A stretch of 43,834 bases of DNA from Bdellovibrionota bacterium (GTDB lineage: Bacteria; Bdellovibrionota_C; UBA2361; OMII01). The notes under the pieces are model-generated. The model was not told the origin of the DNA and did no database searches. It worked only from the letters and a program-made list of their open reading frames with translations. A program made the position numbers and the translations under genes. Position 1 is the first letter of the stretch. Each line of letters starts with the position of its first letter. The stretch lies in contig JBIJBE010000030.1 in assembly GCA_044345405.1 (NCBI GenBank), positions 1 to 43,834 on the forward strand. Reading direction: 5' to 3'. Of this stretch, positions 1 through 10,431 are shown piece after piece.

Positions 1-227
1 GGCGACGAGGAATCGTCGCCCTCCCGCGTGCCGACCCGGTATTAGGGAGGGCGGTCATTCCTGACCGCCGCGTTACGTGCATCAACAGGTCCAACATTTC
101 GGCGACGAGGAATCGTCGCCCTCCCGCGTGCCGACCCGGTATTAGGGAGGGCGGTCATTCCTGACCGCCGCGTTACGTGCATCAACAGGTCCAACATTTC
201 GGCGACGAGGAATCGTCGCCCTCCCGC
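1..227. repeat. Perfect 100-bp tandem repeat (about 2.3 copies) built from inverted REP-like hairpins (BIME/REPIN-like)
   Basis: 1-100 is identical to 101-200, with a partial third copy at 201-227. Each unit carries GGCGACGA-GGAA-TCGTCGCC-CTCCC and the inverted GGGAG-GGCGGTCA-TTCC-TGACCGCC. Confidence 0.9.
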
Positions 228-242
228 CGAGAGGGATGCGAA

Positions 243-746
243 TTACTCCTCCGTGGCCACGATCTCCGTGTACTCGTAGCTTACAAAGATCTCAAGAACT
301 TCGTACTCGCGCGCGCCACCAGGAAGGGCGACACGGGCGACATCGCCCTCTTCTTTGCCGATAAGCGATTTACCGAGCGGGGTCTCGTACGATATCCACC
401 CCTTGGCGACATCGGATTCCTCAGCACCGTAGATGCTCAAGACCCTCTGCTCACCACTCTCGACGTCTTCGATCTTGACGCTTGAGCCAAACACAACACG
501 CCCTGGATTTCCTAGTTTTAAAGGATCGATCACCTCAGCGGTGGCGAGCCGGGCTTCGATGTCCCGAATCTTCGCCTCGGTCATCCCCGACTTCTCCTTC
601 GCGGCGTCGTAATCGCCGTTCTCGGAGAGATCGCCGTGACCTCGCGCCACCTCGATCATGCGAGCGATCTCCGGACGGAGCGCCTTGAGCCTCATTAATT
701 CCGCTCTAAGCGTAGCGTAGCCACGCGGGGTCATCGGTCTTTTCAT
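243..746 (-). CDS. greA: Transcription elongation factor GreA
   Basis: PMTPRGY start, HGDLSENGDYDAAKE motif, ISYETPLGKSLIGK C-terminal motif. Confidence 0.95.
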   Translation of the reverse strand: MKRPMTPRGYATLRAELMRLKALRPEIARMIEVARGHGDLSENGDYDAAKEKSGMTEAKIRDIEARLATAEVIDPLKLGNPGRVVFGSSVKIEDVESGEQRVLSIYGAEESDVAKGWISYETPLGKSLIGKEEGDVARVALPGGAREYEVLEIFVSYEYTEIVATEE

Positions 747-763
747 GATGAGTTGCTCCGACC

Positions 764-1318
764 TTACGCTCGGCTCAAGTATTCGCCGGTGTCTGTCTTA
801 ACGATGATCTCGTCACCTACGCTGATGAACTGTGGAACGGTGAGCTGAAGTCCCGTCTCTGTTCGAGCTGGCTTTGGAGAGTTCGTCGCTGTCGCGCCCT
901 TAATACCGGGCTCTGTGTCAGCGACCGTCAACGTTACCGTCATGGGAAGCTGAATGCCGATCGGATTCTCGTCGTACATCGAGAGCTGAACTTCCATGCC
1001 CTCCTTAACGTAGTACCGTCCATCACCGATCATCTCGTCACTGATCGTAACCTCTTCATAGGTCTCACCGTTCATGAAGTGGTGGCCGTTGGTATCAGAG
1101 TAGAGGTAGGTTCCCTTTTGTTGGAACACGTCAGCGGTCTCGAGGTCCTCTGTTGAGCTGAAACGCTGCTCAGTCTGCGTACCGTTCTGAAGGTTTCGCA
1201 ACTTGCATTGAACCATCGCGCGGAGGTTTCCAGGGGTGTGGTGGTGGAAATCCATCACACTGAACAACTGTCCCTTCAATACGAGGACGGTTCCCTTGCG
1301 CATATCTTTAGCTTTCAT
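764..1318 (-). CDS. efp: Elongation factor P
   Basis: 184 aa with HHTPGNLRAMV loop, TEPGIKGATAT, KPARTETGL and DTGEYLSRA end. Confidence 0.95.
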   Translation of the reverse strand: MKAKDMRKGTVLVLKGQLFSVMDFHHHTPGNLRAMVQCKLRNLQNGTQTEQRFSSTEDLETADVFQQKGTYLYSDTNGHHFMNGETYEEVTISDEMIGDGRYYVKEGMEVQLSMYDENPIGIQLPMTVTLTVADTEPGIKGATATNSPKPARTETGLQLTVPQFISVGDEIIVKTDTGEYLSRA

Positions 1319-1336
1319 ACGACTCTCTCTCTTCTA

Positions 1337-2818
1337 CTACTGAGGTAACAACTCGAGGGCTTCTCGGATGCGGGATAGTACCCTATCCTTCCCAAGAACT
1401 GCAAACGATTCAAAAAGTGGCGGGGTGATCGTTTTACCGGTCACGGCGATACGCAAGGCCACAAACGCGGGGCCAGGCTTGAGACCAACGTCTGTCGCAA
1501 CCCCTCGTAATGCTTGGTCAATCGCCTCGGTCTTAAAATCCGCAAGTGCGTTGAGACGCTCAAGGGAGAGGTTCAATATCTCTCGCGCCTTGGCGGCATC
1601 TACCCCCTTCCCAAACATCGAGTCCATCTGCCGTTGAAGCGGTCGGTCCATTAGGAAATCAACCATCGGCCCCACCTCAGTGAGCAACTTCACCCGCTCC
1701 TGCACATGGGGCGCTAGCGCGGCGAATTCGTGGTCAGGGATGATAACGCCTTCTTTCTCAAGGAACGGCTTCGAGCGCTCGATAAACTCCTGAACCGGAA
1801 GCTTACGGATGTAGAGCCCATTCATCCACGCGAGCTTCACAGGATCGAACACACCGCTCGACTCGTTGATACCATCGAGGGTGAACTTTTGGATGAGCTC
1901 CTCTCGAGTGAAGATCTCCTGATCGCTCCCCTCTCCTGGCGCCCAACCGATCAGTGTTACGAAGTTGAGCACCGCCTCCGCGAGGTATCCCTGCTCACGC
2001 AGGTCACTCGACTTAGCGGCGTTGTTGCGCTTCGATAACTTCTTACCATCCGGACCGTTAACTACCGGAAGGTGCGCGAACACAGGGGGCTCCCACCCGA
2101 GGGCTTCGTAGAGCAAGAGATGAACCGGGCTCGAAGAGAGCCACTCAATACCTCGCAAGACGTGCGATATCTTCATGTCGTGATCGTCAACTACGACCGC
2201 TAAGTGGTAGGTCGGAAATCCATCGCTCTTCAAGAGTACGGTATCTCGGTGTGGAATCGAATCCCACTGCACCTTGCCACGTATGGCGTCGTTAAAGCTC
2301 ACTGTTCGCTTTTGTGGAATCTTGAATCGAACTACGTGCGGTTTGTCCGCCGGAACGTTTCGTGTTCGACAATATCCTGAATAGCCAGGCAGCTCCTTGC
2401 GAGCCATCTGCTCGTTACGCTCACGCTCGAGCATCTCTGGAGTACAATCGCACCGGTACGCGAACCCCTTTTCGATAAGAAGCTCAGCGGTCTCTTTGTA
2501 TTTGGAAAGACGAAGGCTCTGCATGTAGGGAGCGCACGGTCCACCTAACTCAGGGGCGCCTTCCCAATCCTCACCATAGGTACGGAGCTCTTCCTTCGTT
2601 GGTCCTTCATCGATCTGAATTCCGAACCACGCGAGCTCCTCAATCAGGAATCGGATGGACCCCGGAACGAATCGCTCTCTATCAGTATCCTCAACGCGAA
2701 GGAGGAATTTTCCGCCATAGTGCTTGGCGAGAAGGTACGCGAAGAAGGCGGTACGGAAACCTCCAACGTGCTGGAAGCCGGTAGGCGATGGCGCAAAACG
2801 GGTGCGAACCTCTGTCAT
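1337..2818 (-). CDS. gltX: Glutamate--tRNA ligase
   Basis: VRTRFAPSPTG, HVGG (HIGH motif), PTYHLAVVVDD, KLSKR (KMSKS motif), C-terminal anticodon-binding domain. Confidence 0.96.
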   Translation of the reverse strand: MTEVRTRFAPSPTGFQHVGGFRTAFFAYLLAKHYGGKFLLRVEDTDRERFVPGSIRFLIEELAWFGIQIDEGPTKEELRTYGEDWEGAPELGGPCAPYMQSLRLSKYKETAELLIEKGFAYRCDCTPEMLERERNEQMARKELPGYSGYCRTRNVPADKPHVVRFKIPQKRTVSFNDAIRGKVQWDSIPHRDTVLLKSDGFPTYHLAVVVDDHDMKISHVLRGIEWLSSSPVHLLLYEALGWEPPVFAHLPVVNGPDGKKLSKRNNAAKSSDLREQGYLAEAVLNFVTLIGWAPGEGSDQEIFTREELIQKFTLDGINESSGVFDPVKLAWMNGLYIRKLPVQEFIERSKPFLEKEGVIIPDHEFAALAPHVQERVKLLTEVGPMVDFLMDRPLQRQMDSMFGKGVDAAKAREILNLSLERLNALADFKTEAIDQALRGVATDVGLKPGPAFVALRIAVTGKTITPPLFESFAVLGKDRVLSRIREALELLPQ

Positions 2819-2883
2819 GTGTATCTCTCGACGTTTCTTAGTAGGTGGCGTGACCCGCGTGGGGGCCAGGTAAATCCGCAGGA

Positions 2884-2913
2884 ACTATAGACTACGAGGG
2901 CACCGGTTGGCAA
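2884..2913 (-). promoter_or_regulatory. Putative sigma70 promoter of gltX-efp-greA
   Basis: Minus strand TTGCCA-N18-TATAGT, about 65 nt upstream of gltX. Confidence 0.55.
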
Positions 2914-2975
2914 AACGAACATCGGACCGCCACCATTCACCCTAACCTGCGGTATTCAGGGGGGCGGCCAGCCAT

Positions 2976-3587
2976 TTAGCGCATTGAGTCCCCACTGACC
3001 CTCCTGATAAGCCACATCATCCGCATGAACAAAACCTTGCGGGCCTCGCTGACGAGAAACGGTAGTTCCGCTGCCCCCCTATCCGGTGCCGCGACACACA
3101 CGAACGGGACCCCCACCTCTCTCGCCAGGAGCTCCGCCCTCCGGAGATGGTACCGATCACTTACAACGAGCCACCTAGCCGCCCCAGCGTTACGCAGCAC
3201 CTGAGCTCCAAACACGAGATTCTCCCGAGTGCTTCGAGCCTCCCTCTCTTGCAGTATTCGATCCATCGGCACCCCGACCCGCTGGAGATACGCGGCCCCG
3301 CCCTCCGCCTCAGAGACCTCACCATCAGCGGTCACGCCACCACTGACCACGATGAAAGAGACTACTCCATTTCGAAAAAGATCGGCGGCGGTTGTAAGGC
3401 GCGCTTGAAAGATCGGAGAGGGCTCACCACGGGTCACCGTTGAGCCCAACACCAGCGCGGCGTCCGCGCGCGCGGTCGGCGCGCACGTGTGAACGGCGAT
3501 ATCGACGGCGTTGATCAACACCACCACGCCAAAGGTAAGGCAGAGGTACACGAGCCAAAAGAGCGTTTTTCGAAAGGAGCGATTCAC
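2976..3587 (-). CDS. YdcF/ElyC/SanA-family (DUF218) membrane-anchored protein
   Basis: N-terminal TM helix, DAALVLG, IVVSGG, EREARSTRENL, VVSDRYHLRRA motifs. Confidence 0.88.
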   Translation of the reverse strand: MNRSFRKTLFWLVYLCLTFGVVVLINAVDIAVHTCAPTARADAALVLGSTVTRGEPSPIFQARLTTAADLFRNGVVSFIVVSGGVTADGEVSEAEGGAAYLQRVGVPMDRILQEREARSTRENLVFGAQVLRNAGAARWLVVSDRYHLRRAELLAREVGVPFVCVAAPDRGAAELPFLVSEARKVLFMRMMWLIRRVSGDSMR

Positions 3588-3645
3588 TCATCTAGTATGA
3601 ATGAAAGGTCGCGTGGGACAAAGGGTATTCCCCCGCCACTCACGA

Positions 3646-4932
3646 TTACTCCGTTATAAGCCGAGCCGAGCGATTTCGGGTTAGGTAGCTCCATCCCCAC
3701 TGAATGACCACGAGGAGCCGATTCGAGAATTGCGTTAGGTAAAAGATATGTACCCATAACCAGGTGATCCACGCGGCGAATCCGGAGAACTTCCACCGAC
3801 GAAGTTGCACAACCGCGAAGGAGCGCCCAACGGTCGCCATCGCTCCCTTGTCATGAAATTGAAATGTTTCAACAGGAGCGAAAACCGATCGTAGACGCGT
3901 CCGAATAACGGAGGCGACATATTCGCCCATTTGCATAGCCGCTGGGGCGACTCCGGGAACCATCGCCCCATCCTGCTCGATGTGAGCGAGATCCCCGATG
4001 ACAAAAACATCGGGGGCGTTTGGAAGGGTCAGATAACCGTTGACGTGAACGCGACCCGCTCGATCCAGGGTAGCGCCGGTTTGACGCGCGAGAACCTCTC
4101 CGAGTGGCGACGCTTGCACGCCCGCTGCCCAAATCATACACGAGCTTTTTATCTTCTCATGTTTGCCATCGATCTCGACCTCAAGCACTCCATCCTTCAC
4201 CTCGTTGACTCGAGTTCGTTCGCGAACGGTGACCCCAAGCCGATGAAGGGCGTCACGCGTGTTTTGAACCAGATCCGGTTCGTAGGAGCTCATAATACTC
4301 GGCGTCGCCTCAAGTAAAAGAATCTCAGCGTCAGCGGGGTCGATGTGACGAAAATTGTCCTGTAACGTCTGGTGCGCGATCTCTCCTAACGCTCCAGCGA
4401 GCTCGACGCCCGTCGGACCACCACCAATCACGACAAATCGCATGAGGTCCCGCTGTCTCTCGACCTCCGTTTCAAGCTCAGCGCGCTCAAAGACCGACAG
4501 CACCTTACTTCGAATGCGCAGCGCGTCCTCCAACGACTTAAGACCCGACGCGAAGGTCTCCCACTCGGGATGCCCAAAATAGTTGTGACTCGCGCCGGTC
4601 GCGATGATGAGATAATCGTACCCAATCCTCCTTCCGCATCCTAAGGTGACACTTTTCGCCGCGACGTCCACATCTGTCACCGATCCCAGCAACACCTCAA
4701 CATCCATGCGACGCTTAAACAACGCCCGCAACGGCACTGAGATGTTGGCGGGAGAGAGCCCGCCGGTGGCAACTTGATAGAGAAGCGGTTGGAAGAGATG
4801 AAAATTACGGCGGTCCACTAACGTGATCCGCACTCTCCGATCGATAAGATGTCGCGCCACGGCGAGACCACCAAATCCGCCCCCAACAATCACAACATGC
4901 GGAACTGAGGGATCTTCAGGATGTAGGCCCAT
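3646..4932 (-). CDS. ndh: Type II NADH dehydrogenase (NAD(P)/FAD-dependent oxidoreductase)
   Basis: VVIVGGGFGG, FQPLLYQVATG, VIGGGPTGVELAG, DKGAMATVGR, C-terminal amphipathic W-rich helices. Confidence 0.92.
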   Translation of the reverse strand: MGLHPEDPSVPHVVIVGGGFGGLAVARHLIDRRVRITLVDRRNFHLFQPLLYQVATGGLSPANISVPLRALFKRRMDVEVLLGSVTDVDVAAKSVTLGCGRRIGYDYLIIATGASHNYFGHPEWETFASGLKSLEDALRIRSKVLSVFERAELETEVERQRDLMRFVVIGGGPTGVELAGALGEIAHQTLQDNFRHIDPADAEILLLEATPSIMSSYEPDLVQNTRDALHRLGVTVRERTRVNEVKDGVLEVEIDGKHEKIKSSCMIWAAGVQASPLGEVLARQTGATLDRAGRVHVNGYLTLPNAPDVFVIGDLAHIEQDGAMVPGVAPAAMQMGEYVASVIRTRLRSVFAPVETFQFHDKGAMATVGRSFAVVQLRRWKFSGFAAWITWLWVHIFYLTQFSNRLLVVIQWGWSYLTRNRSARLITE

Positions 4933-5191
4933 AGTGCCCCGTTCGAATCTCTCTCAACTTGTTCAGAGCCCGTTCCAAAATGTGTCCGGGAATCCGTGTG
5001 ACATCACACGGTGGCTTCCGCACCTCCCGTGGAGGCTGGGATTGCGGGGGAGAACGATCCCGACCGAATACCCAGGCGGGAGGATCGCTGGCTGGAAAGG
5101 ATTCAAGAGAGCTCTCGAAGATGATCTCTTCATCACTTCGCTTCGCCTCATCCTGTTGATCTCGGTATACCGGAGAAATAGTGAACAACAT
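4916..5191 (-). CDS. Small hypothetical protein with ESFPASDPP motif
   Basis: 91 aa containing SLESFPASDPPAW. GAGGAG RBS upstream; overlaps the ndh start. Confidence 0.6.
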   Translation of the reverse strand: MLFTISPVYRDQQDEAKRSDEEIIFESSLESFPASDPPAWVFGRDRSPPQSQPPREVRKPPCDVTRIPGHILERALNKLREIRTGHYGPTS

Positions 5192-5381
5192 AAACCGCTC
5201 TCCTCTTCTACGGCGCCGCGGCCTTACGGGGCTTTTGCAATTAAGGTAAGGGTATCATCTGAGAGCGTCACCGCGCCTAAGGCGCGTCATGAGAGCCTAA
5301 ATGGGAACGGTGTGCCCTATCATCTCGACTCCGCCGAATTGCGCCATACTAGGGAGGAACTCACATCCGAGGAGCGAAACC

Positions 5382-5990
5382 ATGGCAGCCTTTGAATTCA
5401 TCGTCACCTACTTGGCTCTCGTCCTCGGCATGTATCTGATTATCGTTGGATGGGTTGGAGTTCTCACAGGCACCGCGTTCGTGCACCTGCCCCCATTCGG
5501 CCTTCAACGACCAACCGTGTACCTTCTTTCAGCCTATCTTATCTTTCTCCATCCCCTCGAGGACGCTCTCGGCATGCGTTTGGCGCACCTTCTGTTTATT
5601 GTGGTCGCGGTGACTGTTATCTACGAAACGATCCGTCCCCTTCTCGTCTCCTCGGTTACGATCTCAGGGGCGAGTCCGAAAACGGTCGACGCGGACATCC
5701 GACACGCCTTTCAGACACTCGGACTCCGATACGCCGGTCACTTTCCCCGCTACAAACTTAAAGACCCGTGGGCTCGGCTGCGGGTAACTTATTGGAGACG
5801 GTTAGGTGAGGCGCAGCTCACGATCTATCCGAGCTCCCAACGAGATGTTCTGACCCGTATCGAGGGGCTCATCGATAAGGATTTTACCGGAGAGGAGCAA
5901 CCACGTGCGGGACGCGCCTTCGTGATAAACCTGATCGAGGGAATCCTATTAGTCGGTATCGCAACGTGGAATTTCGCGACACACCTGTAG
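5382..5990 (+). CDS. Hypothetical membrane protein
   Basis: GAGGAG RBS before ATG 5382 (ORF open from 5301). About three N-terminal TM segments, a soluble domain and a C-terminal TM. Confidence 0.7.
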   Translation: MAAFEFIVTYLALVLGMYLIIVGWVGVLTGTAFVHLPPFGLQRPTVYLLSAYLIFLHPLEDALGMRLAHLLFIVVAVTVIYETIRPLLVSSVTISGASPKTVDADIRHAFQTLGLRYAGHFPRYKLKDPWARLRVTYWRRLGEAQLTIYPSSQRDVLTRIEGLIDKDFTGEEQPRAGRAFVINLIEGILLVGIATWNFATHL

Positions 5991-6079
5991 GAACATCGCC
6001 TCCCATCACTGTTACGCTTGCGTTCTCCGTGTGTTCCGTCTATCTCATGAGCTCATCCGTATCTCTCTGAGGTTACCTC

Positions 6080-7015
6080 ATGCAACCTGCAGTTACCCCT
6101 CCTCGTATGAACAACCCGATCACCATCTCCGATGAAACCGTGAAGCTCATCGTCGATCCAAAGGTGGGGGGTAGCTTCCTCAACTTCTCCACGAAGATCG
6201 ACGATCGCTGGGTGGACATCATGCGGTCTACTCCAGCTGAGTTTAAGACCTCATCGGACACCGCCAGCTTCCTGATGGCTCCGTACCCGAATCGTATCCG
6301 AGAGGGACGATTTTCATTTGGGAGGCAGGAGTATTCACTTCAATTTCCCGAAAAACACGCGATTCACGGGGATGTGCGAAATCGCCCCTGGCAGGTTGAA
6401 TCCTGCCGCCCGAACAGCGCGACGCTTCGCTTTCGCTCGAAGGATTTCACGGACATTAACTACCCGTTTCCCTTTTCGGTGACACAAACCGTACAGATCT
6501 CGAATGGCGCTCTCCTTGTGAAATGCTCGATTAAAAATGAGGGCACGTCACCGATGCCAGCCGGATGTGGCTATCATCCCTACTTTAACAGAGCGCTCGG
6601 GGGAGCGAACGAGAGCGTGCGGCTCAGATTCAACACGGGGGGAATCTATCCCTCGACCGGAGACGTTCCCCTTCCAACGGGCATGCCCCGTCAACTCCTG
6701 TCAGCGGAGAATTTCTCAACCCTCCGGGAGCTCGACGTCAATCTGGACGCCTGCTTCGCGGGGTGGGATGGCGTCGCTGAGATGGTGTGGCCCGAAAGTA
6801 AGGTTTCAGTAGACCTGCACGCAAGCTCACAGATGTCGCACCTTGTCCTCTTCTCACCTCCTGGCAAGCCTTTTTTCGCGCTTGAGCCCCAGAGTCAGAT
6901 GACTGATGGGTTCAACTTCCTCGCTCGTGGCGAGTCAGGGACTGGCGTAACTATCGTACCTCCCGCAGGAGAGCTCTCGGTGTGGTTCTCTCTTACGGTC
7001 AAAAAGCTTGATTAA
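6080..7015 (+). CDS. Aldose 1-epimerase (galactose mutarotase-like) family protein
   Basis: PYPNRIREGRF, HAIHG, YPFPF, GYHPYF, FALEP motifs. Confidence 0.9.
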   Translation: MQPAVTPPRMNNPITISDETVKLIVDPKVGGSFLNFSTKIDDRWVDIMRSTPAEFKTSSDTASFLMAPYPNRIREGRFSFGRQEYSLQFPEKHAIHGDVRNRPWQVESCRPNSATLRFRSKDFTDINYPFPFSVTQTVQISNGALLVKCSIKNEGTSPMPAGCGYHPYFNRALGGANESVRLRFNTGGIYPSTGDVPLPTGMPRQLLSAENFSTLRELDVNLDACFAGWDGVAEMVWPESKVSVDLHASSQMSHLVLFSPPGKPFFALEPQSQMTDGFNFLARGESGTGVTIVPPAGELSVWFSLTVKKLD

Positions 7016-7036
7016 GAGCCTACCCACTCCTACAGT
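7008..7036 (+). promoter_or_regulatory. Putative sigma70 promoter of the sigma-4-like gene
   Basis: TTGATT-N17-TACAGT. Confidence 0.55.
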
Positions 7037-7087
7037 GCCCCTCGGGAGTTTCCCAAGGTTTCATCAGGTTGTCAGGAGTGCGGTGTC

Positions 7088-7336
7088 ATGGCCGACCTTG
7101 AGTTTCACAAGAAGCTACTCGAGCAGCTCAACGAAGAACTTCAGAGATTCAATGACTTGGAGAGAACGGTGGCTCGCATCTACTTCAGATTAGAAGGGGG
7201 ATACTCCTATTCCCCGGCTGAAGTGGCGAAACTTGTTCGGCGTAATCCGGACGAAGTTACGTTCATAATCGGTAAGATTCTCGACCATCTTCAACAAAAG
7301 GAGTTGGTCCACGCCTTACCTCGACGGTTACCGTAG
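7088..7336 (+). CDS. Stand-alone sigma70 region-4-like HTH protein (82 aa)
   Basis: LQRFNDLERTVARIYFRLEGGYSYSPAEVAKLV resembles the sigma-4 pattern LxxRExxVLxLRFGLxxGxxxTLxEVG. AGGAG RBS. Confidence 0.65.
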   Translation: MADLEFHKKLLEQLNEELQRFNDLERTVARIYFRLEGGYSYSPAEVAKLVRRNPDEVTFIIGKILDHLQQKELVHALPRRLP

Positions 7337-7345
7337 AAATCGGAC

Positions 7346-7375
7346 AAGCCGTGTAGGAGATCACCTAACGGCTTA
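7346..7375 (+). terminator. Hairpin, probable terminator
   Basis: AAGCCGT-GTAGG...CCTA-ACGGCTT stem just after the stop, with a T-rich tract a few nt later. Confidence 0.45.
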
Positions 7376-7464
7376 CATGGTTTTTCTCTGAACTGACGTA
7401 GTTGAGCCTTCTCGCTACGTCAGTTCCTCCCATCCTTTGCCATGCTCACCAAGATTCCCAACTG

Positions 7465-7630
7465 CACGTGCTCGTGAATGTGAACGTGAACGTGAACGAA
7501 ATCCTGATCGTTCACGGGAAATATCCGCCACTTTCCACTAAGCATTATCGATTGAAGCATGCGCTACATGGACGATCTTTCCGGGTACGTGTGCGTTCAC
7601 GTTTACGTTTACGTTTACGTTTACGAGCAC
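7465..7630. repeat. Inverted pair of GTRAAC hexamer arrays (copy 1)
   Basis: Left arm CACGTGCTC-GTGAAT-(GTGAAC)3 at 7465-7498. Right arm 7582-7630 reverse-complements to GTGCTC(GTAAAC)4GTGAAC...GTACCCG. Confidence 0.85.
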
Positions 7631-7663
7631 ATCTAAGTTTTTAATCAGAGGTGATGCGAATAC

Positions 7664-7709
7664 AAAAAAAAGCGGCCTGACAAGAGTGGGGGGACTCTCA
7701 TCAGGCCGC
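7664..7709 (-). terminator. Rho-independent terminator
   Basis: Minus strand GCGGCCTGATGAGAGT-loop-ACTCTTGTCAGGCCGC followed by T8. Confidence 0.85.
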
Positions 7710-7727
7710 GGGGGGAACAAAATCTGT

Positions 7728-8036
7728 CTACACCGTGCGCCGGCGGGTGCTTATTCTATCACCCGCGGTCATAATCGCGCGCCGGGTTTTCACCGGATCC
7801 ATGCCGAAATGCTTACATATCGACTGGAACGAGAGGATATAATCGTCATCCTCTTTAAACATATAATCAAGCGCCTTAACCTTCAACCGTTCACTACCTT
7901 TAAAATCCTCAATCGTCCGCAGAATCATGGCTCGCATAAGCTCACTCACTGATTCGCCCACCGAACCGGTGTAGCTCTCCGCGTCGACCTGGAAGATTGG
8001 TGTTTTGCCAGCTGAAGAATTAAAGGAATCGAACAT
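7728..8036 (-). CDS. Hypothetical small helical protein, possible DNA-binding regulator
   Basis: GAGAGG RBS before ATG 8036, 102 aa, own terminator. Motif LMRAMILRTIED...DYILSFQSICKHFGMDPVKTR. Confidence 0.7.
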   Translation of the reverse strand: MFDSFNSSAGKTPIFQVDAESYTGSVGESVSELMRAMILRTIEDFKGSERLKVKALDYMFKEDDDYILSFQSICKHFGMDPVKTRRAIMTAGDRISTRRRTV

Positions 8037-8349
8037 TGAACAACCTCTCGTTAACCTTTTCAGCAGAACAATCATCATCGACTGTCTTTGAAAGTATTAT
8101 GGCGAGAGGACGGGTCCGTGTGACACGAACGCACACACATTTCCGCATTTTCTTTCGAACTGCTTCAGATTTTTTTAAGGGAATATTCAGATTTTCAGTA
8201 AGGGGCCGGAAATACGGATATTTTGAGAACGTTAGCAGCGGAAGAAAAATCGTAGCTTTGTGCGAGAACGGTGAAGGGAGGCGTTATTTTGCGAGTTTTT
8301 CGTAGGTTTCGGGACATTTTGACCCGTGCGCCGGGACCAATACTTGAGG

Positions 8350-10431
<2,082 letters not shown>

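Noticed and set aside
1-227. CRISPR array
   Set aside because: The sequences between the palindromes are identical rather than unique spacers, and no cas genes are present.
7402-7720. ORFs with VNVNVN or RLRLRL runs (similar runs at 29641-30228, 29720-30001 and 36961-37161)
   Set aside because: These are by-products of the stop-free hexamer arrays, with no RBS or protein-like composition.
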